From Pseudomonadota bacterium (lineage in GTDB: Bacteria; Desulfobacterota; Syntrophia; Syntrophales; Fen-1087): a stretch of DNA of 64,000 bases. The stretch spans positions 15,485-79,484 of the forward strand of contig JAZDIK010000032.1 in the NCBI GenBank assembly GCA_043805145.1. The letters run 5' to 3'. Below are positions 55,623-64,000 of the stretch, piece by piece; the first letter of the stretch is position 1; each line of letters opens with the position of its first letter. The notes beneath the pieces were generated by a model that saw only the letters and a list, made by a program, of their open reading frames with translations, had not been told where the DNA came from and searched no databases. The translations under genes were made by a program, and so were the position numbers.

Positions 55623-56057
55623 GTGATCGTTATGAGAGACAAACATATTGAAACCATCACCCACGGGATAGAGCCCATCGCCCTGATTATCCGCGACAAA
55701 TACGACGAGCCGGGAATTCGTTTCTTCACACCCGCCAACTTCTCCCAGCAGTTGGCAGCCATGACCCATCCTAAAGGTCACAAGATTGCCGCTCACGTTC
55801 ATAACCTTCTCGTGCGACAAGTGCTCTATACGCAGGAAGTCCTTATCATCAAGCAAGGGAAGGTCAAGGTGAACCTCTATTCCTCAAACCAAGAATTCAT
55901 TGATGCAAAGATTCTTGAAACCGGCGATGTCATTCTTCTTTGCGGTGGCGGGCATTCGCTGGAGATGCTGGAGGAAACATCCATGATCGAGGTCAAGCAG
56001 GGACCCTATGCAGGGGAAAATGACAAGAAACCGTTTCCAGAAGAGAATTGTGCATGA
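55623..56057 (+). CDS. Cupin-fold protein (possible sugar ketoisomerase/epimerase)
   Basis: 144 aa with a GTG start. His-containing beta-barrel motifs (HPKGHKIAAHVH ... GGGHSLE). The stop overlaps the aminotransferase ATG. The specific function is not recognised. Confidence 0.45.
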   Translation: MIVMRDKHIETITHGIEPIALIIRDKYDEPGIRFFTPANFSQQLAAMTHPKGHKIAAHVHNLLVRQVLYTQEVLIIKQGKVKVNLYSSNQEFIDAKILETGDVILLCGGGHSLEMLEETSMIEVKQGPYAGENDKKPFPEENCA

Positions 56058-57217
56058 TCCCCGTCAACGAGCCCCTGATCGGCGAAAAAGAAATTGAATA
56101 CGTCGACGAGTGCCTCCGCACTGGTTGGGTCTCCTCCGCTGGCCGCTTCATCGATGGATTTGAGCAAAAATGGGCCGAATACTGTGGTATGAAATACGGC
56201 ATCGCTATGAGCAACGGCACAACCGCCCTGCAGGCCGCCGTCGGCTGTTTCGGTTTCAAACCTGGATTCCAGGTCATCATGCCTTCTTTTACAATCATTT
56301 CTTGTGCTTTGGCCGTCATTTACAACGGTGGAACGCCCCTCCTTGTGGATTGCGATCCCCGCACCTGGTGCATGGATGTGGGACAAGTCGAGGCCAAGGT
56401 CGAAGAAGACGCCCGCAGTGGCGCCCACCGCATCAAGGCAATCATGCCCGTTCATATTTATGGCCACCCTGTGGATATGGATCCGCTCGTGAAATTGGTC
56501 GAGAAATACGATCTTAAAATCATAGAAGACGCAGCAGAAGTCCACGGCGCCGAATACCTCACCGGCCGGGACACTTCCAATCCAAAATGGAAACGGTGCG
56601 GCAGCTTCGGTCATGTCAGCATCTTCAGTTTCTATGCGAACAAGATCATCACCACCGGCGAAGGTGGAATGCTCCTCACTGATGACCGAACACTGGCTGA
56701 AAAAGCCCGCAGCCTGAGAAATCTCTGCTTTCGCCCGGAACAGCGATTCCTCCATACCGAGCTGGGCCACAACTTTCGCCTGACCAATCTCCAGGCCGCC
56801 ATCGGTCTTGCCCAGATGGAGCGCATCGATGAAATTGTCTCTAAAAAGCGGTGGATGGGGCAAGCCTATACCCGGCGCCTGAAAGATATTCCCGATCTGC
56901 AACTTCCCGTTGAAGAACCCTGGGCCAGGCAGGTGTACTGGATGTATGGCATCGTCCTCGATGCAGCCACCAGCATGGATGCAAAAACATGCGCCGCAAA
57001 GCTCAAGGGAAAAGGCGTTGATACCCGCCCCTTCTTTCTCGGCATGCATGAACAGCCGGTATTCCAATCCATGGGACTTTTCCAGGATGAAAGATACCCC
57101 GTCGCCGAACGTATCGCCCGACAGGGGCTCTATCTGCCATCAGGTCTGACTCTGACTGACAAGCAACTCGACCAGGTCTGCGGCACGGTAAAAGCTATTT
57201 TAGACGAGGGACAATAA
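56054..57217 (+). CDS. DegT/DnrJ/EryC1/StrS-family sugar aminotransferase (perosamine-synthase-like)
   Basis: Start at ATG 56054 (ATGA overlap). IPVNEPLIGEKEIEYVDECLRTGWVSS and PLP-lysine context SFYANKIITTGEGGM. Confidence 0.9.
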   Translation: MIPVNEPLIGEKEIEYVDECLRTGWVSSAGRFIDGFEQKWAEYCGMKYGIAMSNGTTALQAAVGCFGFKPGFQVIMPSFTIISCALAVIYNGGTPLLVDCDPRTWCMDVGQVEAKVEEDARSGAHRIKAIMPVHIYGHPVDMDPLVKLVEKYDLKIIEDAAEVHGAEYLTGRDTSNPKWKRCGSFGHVSIFSFYANKIITTGEGGMLLTDDRTLAEKARSLRNLCFRPEQRFLHTELGHNFRLTNLQAAIGLAQMERIDEIVSKKRWMGQAYTRRLKDIPDLQLPVEEPWARQVYWMYGIVLDAATSMDAKTCAAKLKGKGVDTRPFFLGMHEQPVFQSMGLFQDERYPVAERIARQGLYLPSGLTLTDKQLDQVCGTVKAILDEGQ

Positions 57218-57234
57218 AGATAGGACTTATCTCC

Positions 57235-58050
57235 ATGCCTGACAGCCAAAACAACCGAACAACAGACACGACCCAAAACAGCACGGCAGTATTTGCCGAC
57301 TACGCCCGTTATTACGACTTGCTTTACCGGGACAAGGACTACGCAACGGAGGCCGAATATGTCGCGGGCCTGATCCGGAGATTTCATCCGTCAGCCCGAT
57401 CCATCCTCGAACTTGGTTCCGGAACCGGCATTCATGCCAGCCTGCTCGCTGAAAAAGGATTTGCTGTTCATGGCATTGAACGCAGCCAGGAAATGCTTGC
57501 CCGATCCTTGGCCCTGACTGAAAGAATGAAGACCGGGCAAGGTCAACTGACTTTTTCACCCGGTGACATCCGTGATGTCCGGTTAAACAAAAGTTTCGAC
57601 GCCGTCATCGCCCTATTTCACGTCATCAGCTACCAGACGACCAACGAAGATGTGACGGCAGCATTCGAAACGGCTAGGCATCACCTGAAACCCGGCGGTG
57701 TCTTCATCTTCGACGTCTGGTATGGCCCGGCGGTTCTGGCGGAGCGCCCCGATATCAGAATCAAGCGGATAGCGGATGAAAAGACAGAGATCACCCGTCT
57801 GGCCGAGCCGGTTCTTCATCCGAATGAAAACCGTGTGGATGTGCATTACCATGTGTTTGTACGCGACCTTGCCACCCGGTCCGTTGCCGAATTTAGGGAA
57901 ACGCATGCGATGCGGTACTTCTTCAAGCCGGAGTTTGAGTCATGGGCGATTCTTTCAAGGTTCACTATTCAAGTTGCAGAAGAATGGCATACAGCGAAAC
58001 CGATCGGCACAGCCACATGGGGCGTGTGTTTTTGCTTACAGGCCTTATAG
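57235..58050 (+). CDS. Class I SAM methyltransferase with TylM1/DesVI-like layout (candidate amino-sugar N-methyltransferase)
   Basis: 271 aa. YARYYDLLYRDKDYATEAEY, ILELGSGTGIHA, IFDVWYGP and VDVHYHVF blocks match my recollection of sugar N,N-dimethyltransferases. Generic methyltransferases share part of this layout. Confidence 0.6.
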   Translation: MPDSQNNRTTDTTQNSTAVFADYARYYDLLYRDKDYATEAEYVAGLIRRFHPSARSILELGSGTGIHASLLAEKGFAVHGIERSQEMLARSLALTERMKTGQGQLTFSPGDIRDVRLNKSFDAVIALFHVISYQTTNEDVTAAFETARHHLKPGGVFIFDVWYGPAVLAERPDIRIKRIADEKTEITRLAEPVLHPNENRVDVHYHVFVRDLATRSVAEFRETHAMRYFFKPEFESWAILSRFTIQVAEEWHTAKPIGTATWGVCFCLQAL

Positions 58051-58082
58051 GATCTTATAACCAGCGATAAATTGGCAAATTC

Positions 58083-58904
58083 ATGAGCAAAATTATTATC
58101 GAAGCAGGCCGGACCGAGAAAAACTACTGGGCCGACCTCTGGCGCTACCGGGAGCTTTTTCTGATTCTTGCATGGCGTGATCTATCCGTACGCTACAAAC
58201 AGACCATCATCGGGATTCTCTGGGCAATTCTCAGGCCCTTGCTAACTATGATTGTCTTCACCGTTATTTTCAGCAGAATCGCGAAACTTCCCAGCGACGG
58301 CAGCGCACCCTACGCCCTGATGGTCTTTGCCGCCATGCTCCCCTGGTCCCTTTTCTCAAGCTCGCTGACGGAATCGTCAAGCAGCCTGATCGACAACACC
58401 AATCTGATCAGCAAAGTATACTTTCCAAGACTGATCCTGCCCGCGGCGACCCTGATAACCGCTTTCATAGATTTCCTCATCAGTTTCATGATCCTGATCG
58501 GAATGATGGTCTATTACCAATTCGCACCCGACTGGCATCTGCTGTTACTGCCGTTCTTCATCATCCTGGCCTTGCTGGCCAGCCTGGGACCCGGCCTCTG
58601 GATTACCGCGATCAATGTGAAATACCGCGACTTCCGCTATGTTATCCCGTTTGTGGTGCAGTTCGGTCTTTATGTTTCTCCAGTTGGATTCAGCAGCAAG
58701 GTCATCCCGGAACAATGGCGACTGCTTTACAGCCTCAATCCTGCGGTGGGTATCATCGACGGCTTCCGCTGGTGCATCCTGGGCGGCGAAAGTCCCCTTT
58801 ACCTGCCCGGATTCCTGCTCGGCCTTGCTATCATCACATTCTTCCTCTGGCTGGGCGTATCCCGTTTCCGTAAGATGGAAAAAACCTTTGCAGATTTGAT
58901 GTAG
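58083..58904 (+). CDS. wzm: ABC-2 type polysaccharide export permease (Wzm)
   Basis: 273 aa. N-terminal YRELFLILAWRDLSVRYKQTIIGILWAILRPLL, typical of Wzm/TagG. Six TM segments. Confidence 0.85.
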   Translation: MSKIIIEAGRTEKNYWADLWRYRELFLILAWRDLSVRYKQTIIGILWAILRPLLTMIVFTVIFSRIAKLPSDGSAPYALMVFAAMLPWSLFSSSLTESSSSLIDNTNLISKVYFPRLILPAATLITAFIDFLISFMILIGMMVYYQFAPDWHLLLLPFFIILALLASLGPGLWITAINVKYRDFRYVIPFVVQFGLYVSPVGFSSKVIPEQWRLLYSLNPAVGIIDGFRWCILGGESPLYLPGFLLGLAIITFFLWLGVSRFRKMEKTFADLM

Positions 58905-58915
58905 AAAAGGGAATC

Positions 58916-60214
58916 ATGTCAGACATCGTCATCAAAGCTGAAACCCTTGGCAAAAAATACGTCATCGGCCACCATGCCGAAAACCAACGCTATAGGGCTC
59001 TGCGCGATGTCCTGATGGAGAACGCACAAACCATCTGGAACAAGACAATAGACCTTGTAACGGGAAAACCTCTCATACAGGGCGATATACTGGAAGAGGT
59101 GTGGGCGCTCAAGGATGTGAGCTTTGAGATTCGCCGCGGAGAAGCTATCGGCATCATCGGTCGTAATGGGGCCGGAAAAAGCACGCTATTAAAAATTTTA
59201 AGCCGGATTACCGAGCCTTCGACGGGGAGGGTGACCATCGATGGTCGCGTTGCCAGCCTTCTGGAGGTTGGCACCGGTTTCCACCCGGAATTGACGGGGA
59301 GGGAGAACATCTACCTGAATGGAACCATTTTGGGAATGACCCGGAATGAGATAAGCAGAAAGTTTGATGAGATCGTTGCCTTCGCCGAAGTGGAAAAATA
59401 CCTGGACACGCCTGTCAAGCGCTACTCCAGCGGGATGTATGTGCGGCTGGCTTTCGCGGTAGCAGCACATCTGGAACCAGAAATATTATTGGTGGATGAA
59501 GTGCTGGCGGTGGGAGACGCGCAATTTCAGAAAAAGTGCCTCGGGAAGATGGGGGATGTCACAAAGGAAGGACGGACGGTCCTTTATGTAAGCCATCAGA
59601 TGGATATGATACGCGGCCTTTGCAGCCGCGGCATGCTCCTCAACGACGGAAGTGTATTTTCCGATGGTCGCACTGAAAAGGTTATCGAAGATTATCTTCA
59701 ATCCATTATCTGCAAAAAAAGCTCGCTTCATTTTACGGAAAAAGAGAATTCAGCGCTGGGATTGCAAATTATCAAGGGCAAGATCGTGAACGAACAGGGC
59801 GAATTGCAGGAAAACTTCGATATCTTCGATAAAATCATTTTTGTGTTCGAGTACAGGGTTTATTGGAAACTGACCGACACCGTTGTGAACTTCGAGATTA
59901 AAAGAAACGGTGCCACATTGTTTCTTTCGTTCGATACGGATATGGACCTCAGCAAACATGCTATTCGGACGCCCGGGCTATACAGATCCCGTATTGAGCT
60001 GCCATGCCCGCTTCTGAAGTCTGGCATCTACGCCGTCACTGTGAATACAGGCATTACAAATACCTGCACGTATCAGAGGCTGGAAGATGTGTTGATCTTC
60101 GAAGTCGATCACTATTCCAAACCTTCGTCCCTGACCAGCTATGCCGACAAAAGACCTGGAGTGATAGCCGTACCCCTATTCTGGGAGACCGAGATGTTGG
60201 AGGCGTCACGCTGA
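58916..60214 (+). CDS. wzt: Polysaccharide export ABC ATPase (Wzt) with a C-terminal extension (candidate carbohydrate-binding domain)
   Basis: 432 aa. Walker A GRNGAGKSTLLK, signature YSSGMYVRLAFA, Walker B LLVDEVLAVGD. About 190 extra C-terminal residues. Confidence 0.85.
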   Translation: MSDIVIKAETLGKKYVIGHHAENQRYRALRDVLMENAQTIWNKTIDLVTGKPLIQGDILEEVWALKDVSFEIRRGEAIGIIGRNGAGKSTLLKILSRITEPSTGRVTIDGRVASLLEVGTGFHPELTGRENIYLNGTILGMTRNEISRKFDEIVAFAEVEKYLDTPVKRYSSGMYVRLAFAVAAHLEPEILLVDEVLAVGDAQFQKKCLGKMGDVTKEGRTVLYVSHQMDMIRGLCSRGMLLNDGSVFSDGRTEKVIEDYLQSIICKKSSLHFTEKENSALGLQIIKGKIVNEQGELQENFDIFDKIIFVFEYRVYWKLTDTVVNFEIKRNGATLFLSFDTDMDLSKHAIRTPGLYRSRIELPCPLLKSGIYAVTVNTGITNTCTYQRLEDVLIFEVDHYSKPSSLTSYADKRPGVIAVPLFWETEMLEASR

Positions 60215-61050
60215 TGTCTATAACCAACGACAGCAGATTCAATTCAGTCGTCGTACCCATGTATGAGATTGATGTACATGGTCATTTAAGACCAAACCCC
60301 CTTTTCCACCGTCCCATTGACAAGCTTCACAGCCGGTGTGTCGAATATCCTTTTGCTGCCTCGCGGCTTGGCGATGCGAAAACCATCCTTGACGTCGGCA
60401 CAATCAAGTCTGATCCTGTATGGATAGACTGGCTGGAAAGCTTGCCTGTAAAAGTGCATGCCACTGACTATGACGCACCTTTAAAGCCGTTCAAAAACAT
60501 AACATTTCATCAGGCAGATATAAGACGGCTTCCACTCCCTGACGGTTTTTTTGACAAGGTTATCGCCGTTTCAGTAGTCGAACATGTCGGGCTGGAAGCC
60601 CCGCAAGTCTTCGCAGATACGATTCCTGGAGTCAGCGATGACGGCGATCTTGAGGCAGTTACGGAACTCACACGGGTGCTTAAGCCCGGTGGTGAGCTGA
60701 TTATGACAGTCCCCTTTGGGGTGCAGGACGGTCTCATCCTTGGAAACCAGGCACGTAACTACACGATTGATTCTATCAGGAGGTTCGAGCAGGTCTTGGA
60801 TCTTTTTCACATCGAATATTACGAATACCAAGCCAAAAACCTTCAACTGAACAAGCGACATTATGGCATCCGGATGAAAATCTTTAAAAAATTAGTTGCT
60901 CCGTTTTTTATTAAATCACCGCTTTGGCAGAACGACGATTTCGCCGGGGAAGCAACCTGGAGGAATATCCCTCTTGCATTAACGAAGGCCATACACAGGA
61001 TCCATCTGGAAGGCGTTGTCTGCGGCATATGGAAGAAGAAAAAACCTTGA
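60214..61050 (+). CDS. Class I SAM-dependent methyltransferase (Methyltransf_11-like)
   Basis: Start at MSITNDS, with the ATG sharing one base with the wzt stop (TGATG). ILDVGT..., FDKVIAVSVVEHVG, LKPGGELIMTVP. Confidence 0.7.
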   Translation: MSITNDSRFNSVVVPMYEIDVHGHLRPNPLFHRPIDKLHSRCVEYPFAASRLGDAKTILDVGTIKSDPVWIDWLESLPVKVHATDYDAPLKPFKNITFHQADIRRLPLPDGFFDKVIAVSVVEHVGLEAPQVFADTIPGVSDDGDLEAVTELTRVLKPGGELIMTVPFGVQDGLILGNQARNYTIDSIRRFEQVLDLFHIEYYEYQAKNLQLNKRHYGIRMKIFKKLVAPFFIKSPLWQNDDFAGEATWRNIPLALTKAIHRIHLEGVVCGIWKKKKP

Positions 61051-61060
61051 GTGCTTGTCC

Positions 61061-61858
61061 ATGAAACAATACCAACGTGTTATTGAGCCCGTAGTCTTGG
61101 TTTTATTACCTATATATAAATGTTTTAAGCACTTATTTATGGCTGAACGGTTATCTGTAAGGATTTTCCCCAGAGTTGTCACTATCAGCAAAATAATCCC
61201 AAGCGGATGCAGGTTCGAAATCTCCTCCGACATGGAGTCATTCAGGATAGAGTCCTATGGTAACGAAGAAGAATTCACCACCATGCTGATTCAAGAAATT
61301 AGAGCGGGGGATATCGTCTTCGATATCGGAGCTTGCGTTGGACTTGTCAGTGTGCATGCCGCAAAAAAAGACGTTATGGTTTATTCTTTTGAGCCGGATC
61401 CTTATTACCGTTCCAGGCTCACTAATAATATGAGGCTTAATGGGCTGGATAATGTCAATGTGATAGAATGGGCGGTATCAGATCATGCAGGTCAAGCCAC
61501 CTTGTTTACAGACGGTGAGAATGGAAACTCCCCGAGCCTTAGAAAAATCGGCGAAAGAGGATCCGTCATGGTCAAAACAGACTCCATCGATAAGGCTATT
61601 CACAGAGGAGACATCCCTATCCCGTCTGTTATTAAGCTCGACATTGAAGGAGCTGAAATATTAGCACTACGGGGCATGCAGGAGTTGCTCATCGCAAATC
61701 ATAGTCCAAGGGCGATCTTCATGGAAGTCCATCCAGATTTTCTAAGGTATTTTGGTTCATCTGAAAAGGAGATCGAAGACATGATGTTTCAATGTGGATA
61801 CACCTTGGACTATAAAATTGACAGAAGTAATCAATTCCACTGTGTTTATAGGAAGTAA
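61061..61858 (+). CDS. FkbM-family methyltransferase
   Basis: Start at MKQYQRV. VFDIGACVGLVSVHAA, YSFEPDP, IKLDIEGAEILAL motifs of the FkbM family. Confidence 0.7.
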   Translation: MKQYQRVIEPVVLVLLPIYKCFKHLFMAERLSVRIFPRVVTISKIIPSGCRFEISSDMESFRIESYGNEEEFTTMLIQEIRAGDIVFDIGACVGLVSVHAAKKDVMVYSFEPDPYYRSRLTNNMRLNGLDNVNVIEWAVSDHAGQATLFTDGENGNSPSLRKIGERGSVMVKTDSIDKAIHRGDIPIPSVIKLDIEGAEILALRGMQELLIANHSPRAIFMEVHPDFLRYFGSSEKEIEDMMFQCGYTLDYKIDRSNQFHCVYRK

Positions 61859-61994
61859 CAAACAACGAGGTGGTTTTATCAGAATATCCTAACGGTCTCC
61901 ATATCGTGTTGACATTTTGCCAAGGCGCAAAGTGACAACTAAACGATCTTTATGTACAACCCGGTCTTTTCTATGATAAGATCCCAGATAATAT

Positions 61995-62978
61995 ATGGGT
62001 AATACGGTAACGGACATAATAATCAAGCCTGCATGCTCTGTGGTCATCAGATGCTATAATGAAGAGAAGCATATTGGTCGCCTTATTTCTGGTATTTTGG
62101 CCCAGACAGTTAAGGATGTGGAAATCATCGTTGTAGATTCCGGCTCAAACGATGCGACGCTATCTATAGCCTCTCGGTACCCAGTGAAGATTGTCACAAT
62201 CAAACATGAAGACTTCTCCTTCGGATACTCTCTGAACGTTGGATGCGCTGCCGGATCGGGTGATTTTCTGGTAATAGCCAGCGGGCATGTTTATCCTGTG
62301 TATGAAGACTGGCTGGAAAAGCTATTGGCTCCTTTTGCAGATCGGAAAGTTGCCGTCGTCTATGGAAAACAGTGCGGTAATGAAACGACGAAATACGCCG
62401 AACATCGGATCTTTGCGCAATGGTTTCCGGAAATATCCAATCCAAATCAGAAACATCCATTCTGTAATAACGCTAATGCCGCAATCAGAAAAGATGTGTG
62501 GGAAAGCTTACCTTACGATGAAGAACTTACGGGGATAGAGGATATTGATTGGGCGAAGCGTGCCTTGGAACGGGGATACAGGATTGCCTATAATGCTGAT
62601 GCTGAAGTCATACATGTTCACCATGAGACGCTGGGACGTATCTTCAACCGCTATCGACGTGAGGCGATTGCATTTAAGCGCATTTTCCCCCAGGAACACT
62701 TCAGCCTGTATGATTTCATCAGGATATATGCCAGCAACGTTGTCAGTGACGGTTTTCATGCATGGCATGATAGAATATTCATGCGTACTTTTTATGATAT
62801 CCTGGTTTTCAGATTGATGCAATTCTGGGGCACCTATCGCGGGTTTTCACAACACAGCGCCGTGACCAGTCAAATGAAAAGAAAGTTTTACTATCCCAAT
62901 GAGCGGCCAAAGGCAAAACAAGGACAGACCCATTCTGCGTCAGACCGTAAGATTGATTATTCTCATAAATCATTGTAG
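61995..62978 (+). CDS. Glycosyltransferase family 2
   Basis: 327 aa. CSVVIRCYNEEKHI, IVVDSGSNDAT, and the DxD-like context in VIASGH. Confidence 0.8.
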   Translation: MGNTVTDIIIKPACSVVIRCYNEEKHIGRLISGILAQTVKDVEIIVVDSGSNDATLSIASRYPVKIVTIKHEDFSFGYSLNVGCAAGSGDFLVIASGHVYPVYEDWLEKLLAPFADRKVAVVYGKQCGNETTKYAEHRIFAQWFPEISNPNQKHPFCNNANAAIRKDVWESLPYDEELTGIEDIDWAKRALERGYRIAYNADAEVIHVHHETLGRIFNRYRREAIAFKRIFPQEHFSLYDFIRIYASNVVSDGFHAWHDRIFMRTFYDILVFRLMQFWGTYRGFSQHSAVTSQMKRKFYYPNERPKAKQGQTHSASDRKIDYSHKSL

Positions 62979-62988
62979 GAAGAATTCG

Positions 62989-63663
62989 TTGCGTCCGTAC
63001 AGGGAAGATAAAACCGATAACTTGATCGATATTTCATTGCCTCTGCAAGAGGGAATGGCCGCCTGGCCGGGCAGCAGGGGTTTCCTGTTGCAATCAGTAA
63101 GGAGTTTTGCAGCAGGCGATCATGTTAACGTATCCTGCCTGGAGTGTGACGTGCACACGGGTACGCACATCGATGCACCAAGACATTATCTTCAGGAAGG
63201 CATGACGGTCGATCAGATACCGATCGATATCCTGGTCGGACCCGCGCAGGTTCGCCATCTGCCCGACGTCAAACGTATTTCGCCCAGAGAATTAGATGGA
63301 CTCGCATTGCCTCAAGATACCCGGCGGCTTTTGCTTCGCACACAAAATTCAGAACTCTGGATGAGAGGCGTATCAACGTTTGAAAAGGATTATGTTGCAC
63401 TCACCGCGGATGCAGCACGATGGGTAGTCGATCATAATGTGCGTTTAATCGGTATCGACTCTTTATCGGTGCAACGCTGCCATGATGGCCCTCTTACCCA
63501 TCAAATATTATTGGAAGCCGGTGTCATTATACTGGAAGGATTGAATTTGGCAGGAATTTCACCAGGCTATTATGAACTGATCTGCTTACCGCTATATCTG
63601 GTAGGTGCGGAGGGCGCTCCGGCGCGCGCTATCTTGCGCGTTCTCCCATCCGGAGGTAATTGA
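62989..63663 (+). CDS. Cyclase-family protein (kynurenine-formamidase-like metal hydrolase fold)
   Basis: Motif DVHTGTHIDAPRHY (HxGTHxDxPxH). The start is uncertain; TTG 62989 is preceded by AGGAAG, and the track ORF start at 62899 overlaps the upstream gene. Confidence 0.65.
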   Translation: MRPYREDKTDNLIDISLPLQEGMAAWPGSRGFLLQSVRSFAAGDHVNVSCLECDVHTGTHIDAPRHYLQEGMTVDQIPIDILVGPAQVRHLPDVKRISPRELDGLALPQDTRRLLLRTQNSELWMRGVSTFEKDYVALTADAARWVVDHNVRLIGIDSLSVQRCHDGPLTHQILLEAGVIILEGLNLAGISPGYYELICLPLYLVGAEGAPARAILRVLPSGGN

Positions 63664-63667
63664 TAGT

Positions 63668-64000
63668 ATGCGTATTGTTGCCCTGGTTCCCATGCGTCAT
63701 AAAAGCGAGCGTGTTCCCGGTAAGAATTACCGCTCTTTTGCCGGGCGGCCTTTATATCATCATATTATTGAAAGTCTGTTGTCCTGTCATCATATTGCCG
63801 AGGTGGTCATTGATACGGACAGCCCCATGATCATGAACGATGCCAGAAAACACTTCCCGAGAGTGATACTGATTGAACGGCCTATTCATTTGCGAGACGG
63901 CAATATCCCGATGAACGAGGTCCTATTGCACGATGTTTCATTCACAGACGCGGACTTTTATCTTCAAACCCACAGTACAAACCCACTCCTGCGGTCTCAG
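63668..64000 (+). CDS. Cytidylyltransferase of the acylneuraminate/CMP-sugar (NeuA/KdsB-like) family (partial; runs off the right edge)
   Basis: My own translation gives MRIVALVPMRHKSERVPGKNYRSFAGRPLYHHIIESLL...VVIDTDSP, open to position 64000 and absent from the ORF track. The N-terminal P-loop-like motif is typical of this family. Confidence 0.7.
   Translation, partial: MRIVALVPMRHKSERVPGKNYRSFAGRPLYHHIIESLLSCHHIAEVVIDTDSPMIMNDARKHFPRVILIERPIHLRDGNIPMNEVLLHDVSFTDADFYLQTHSTNPLLRSQ

Noticed and set aside
56006-57067. A 353-aa ORF on the minus strand.
   Set aside because: It is antisense to the DegT aminotransferase, which has unmistakable family motifs. It has no motifs of its own.
1-64000. 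Scanned the intergenic regions for CRISPR arrays, IS elements and transposases, rRNA, retron- or DGR-like reverse transcriptases, and known multi-gene defence systems.
   Set aside because: I saw no regularly spaced repeats and no transposase, integrase, reverse transcriptase or nuclease-helicase ORFs. The only defence-like content is vapBC and the methylase stump.

Overview
This is a 64-kb chromosomal segment of roughly 50% GC by eye. The gene content suggests an anaerobic Desulfobacterota/Syntrophia-like bacterium, which is inference only. All function calls come from motif and architecture recognition in the supplied translations plus my own reading of both strands; no homology search was possible. 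I found no rRNA, CRISPR array, transposase, integrase or phage genes. Left to right: (1) a transglutaminase-like protein with an ABC exporter, whose permease runs off the left edge and is missing from the ORF track; (2) kdsD, a decayed acyl-CoA ligase fragment, an ornithine-cyclodeaminase-family gene, tRNA-Val, an ADP-forming acyl-CoA synthetase, hisC, a Crp/Fnr regulator, a C-N hydrolase and an S1-domain protein; (3) a TetR-headed beta-oxidation operon (ACAD, HADH/ECH, thiolase); (4) a small accessory patch with an O-methyltransferase, vapBC, a 58-codon remnant of a DNA methylase/restriction gene, a SAM methyltransferase, a LysR regulator and tRNA-Gln, followed by a 630-bp AT-rich ORF-free tract; (5) PAP2-lptF-lptG, ahcY, panDC, rsmA, tsaD, nadB and purB housekeeping genes; (6) envelope proteins (secreted nitroreductase-fold protein, TPR lipoprotein, DUF218, FG-GAP protein) and tRNA-Met; (7) from about 42 kb to the right edge, an LPS/O-polysaccharide locus. 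That locus has Wzm/Wzt export, five glycosyltransferases (one GT9, three GT2 and a low-GC GT-C/TPR enzyme), four SAM methyltransferases, an aminotransferase module, a fused oxidoreductase/acetyltransferase and a fused polytopic-membrane/spermidine-synthase-like protein. I could not identify one unambiguous novel system. The best candidates are the GT-C/TPR glycosylation module, the N-methyl amino-sugar module, the transglutaminase-ABC operon, and several palindromic or structured non-coding elements.
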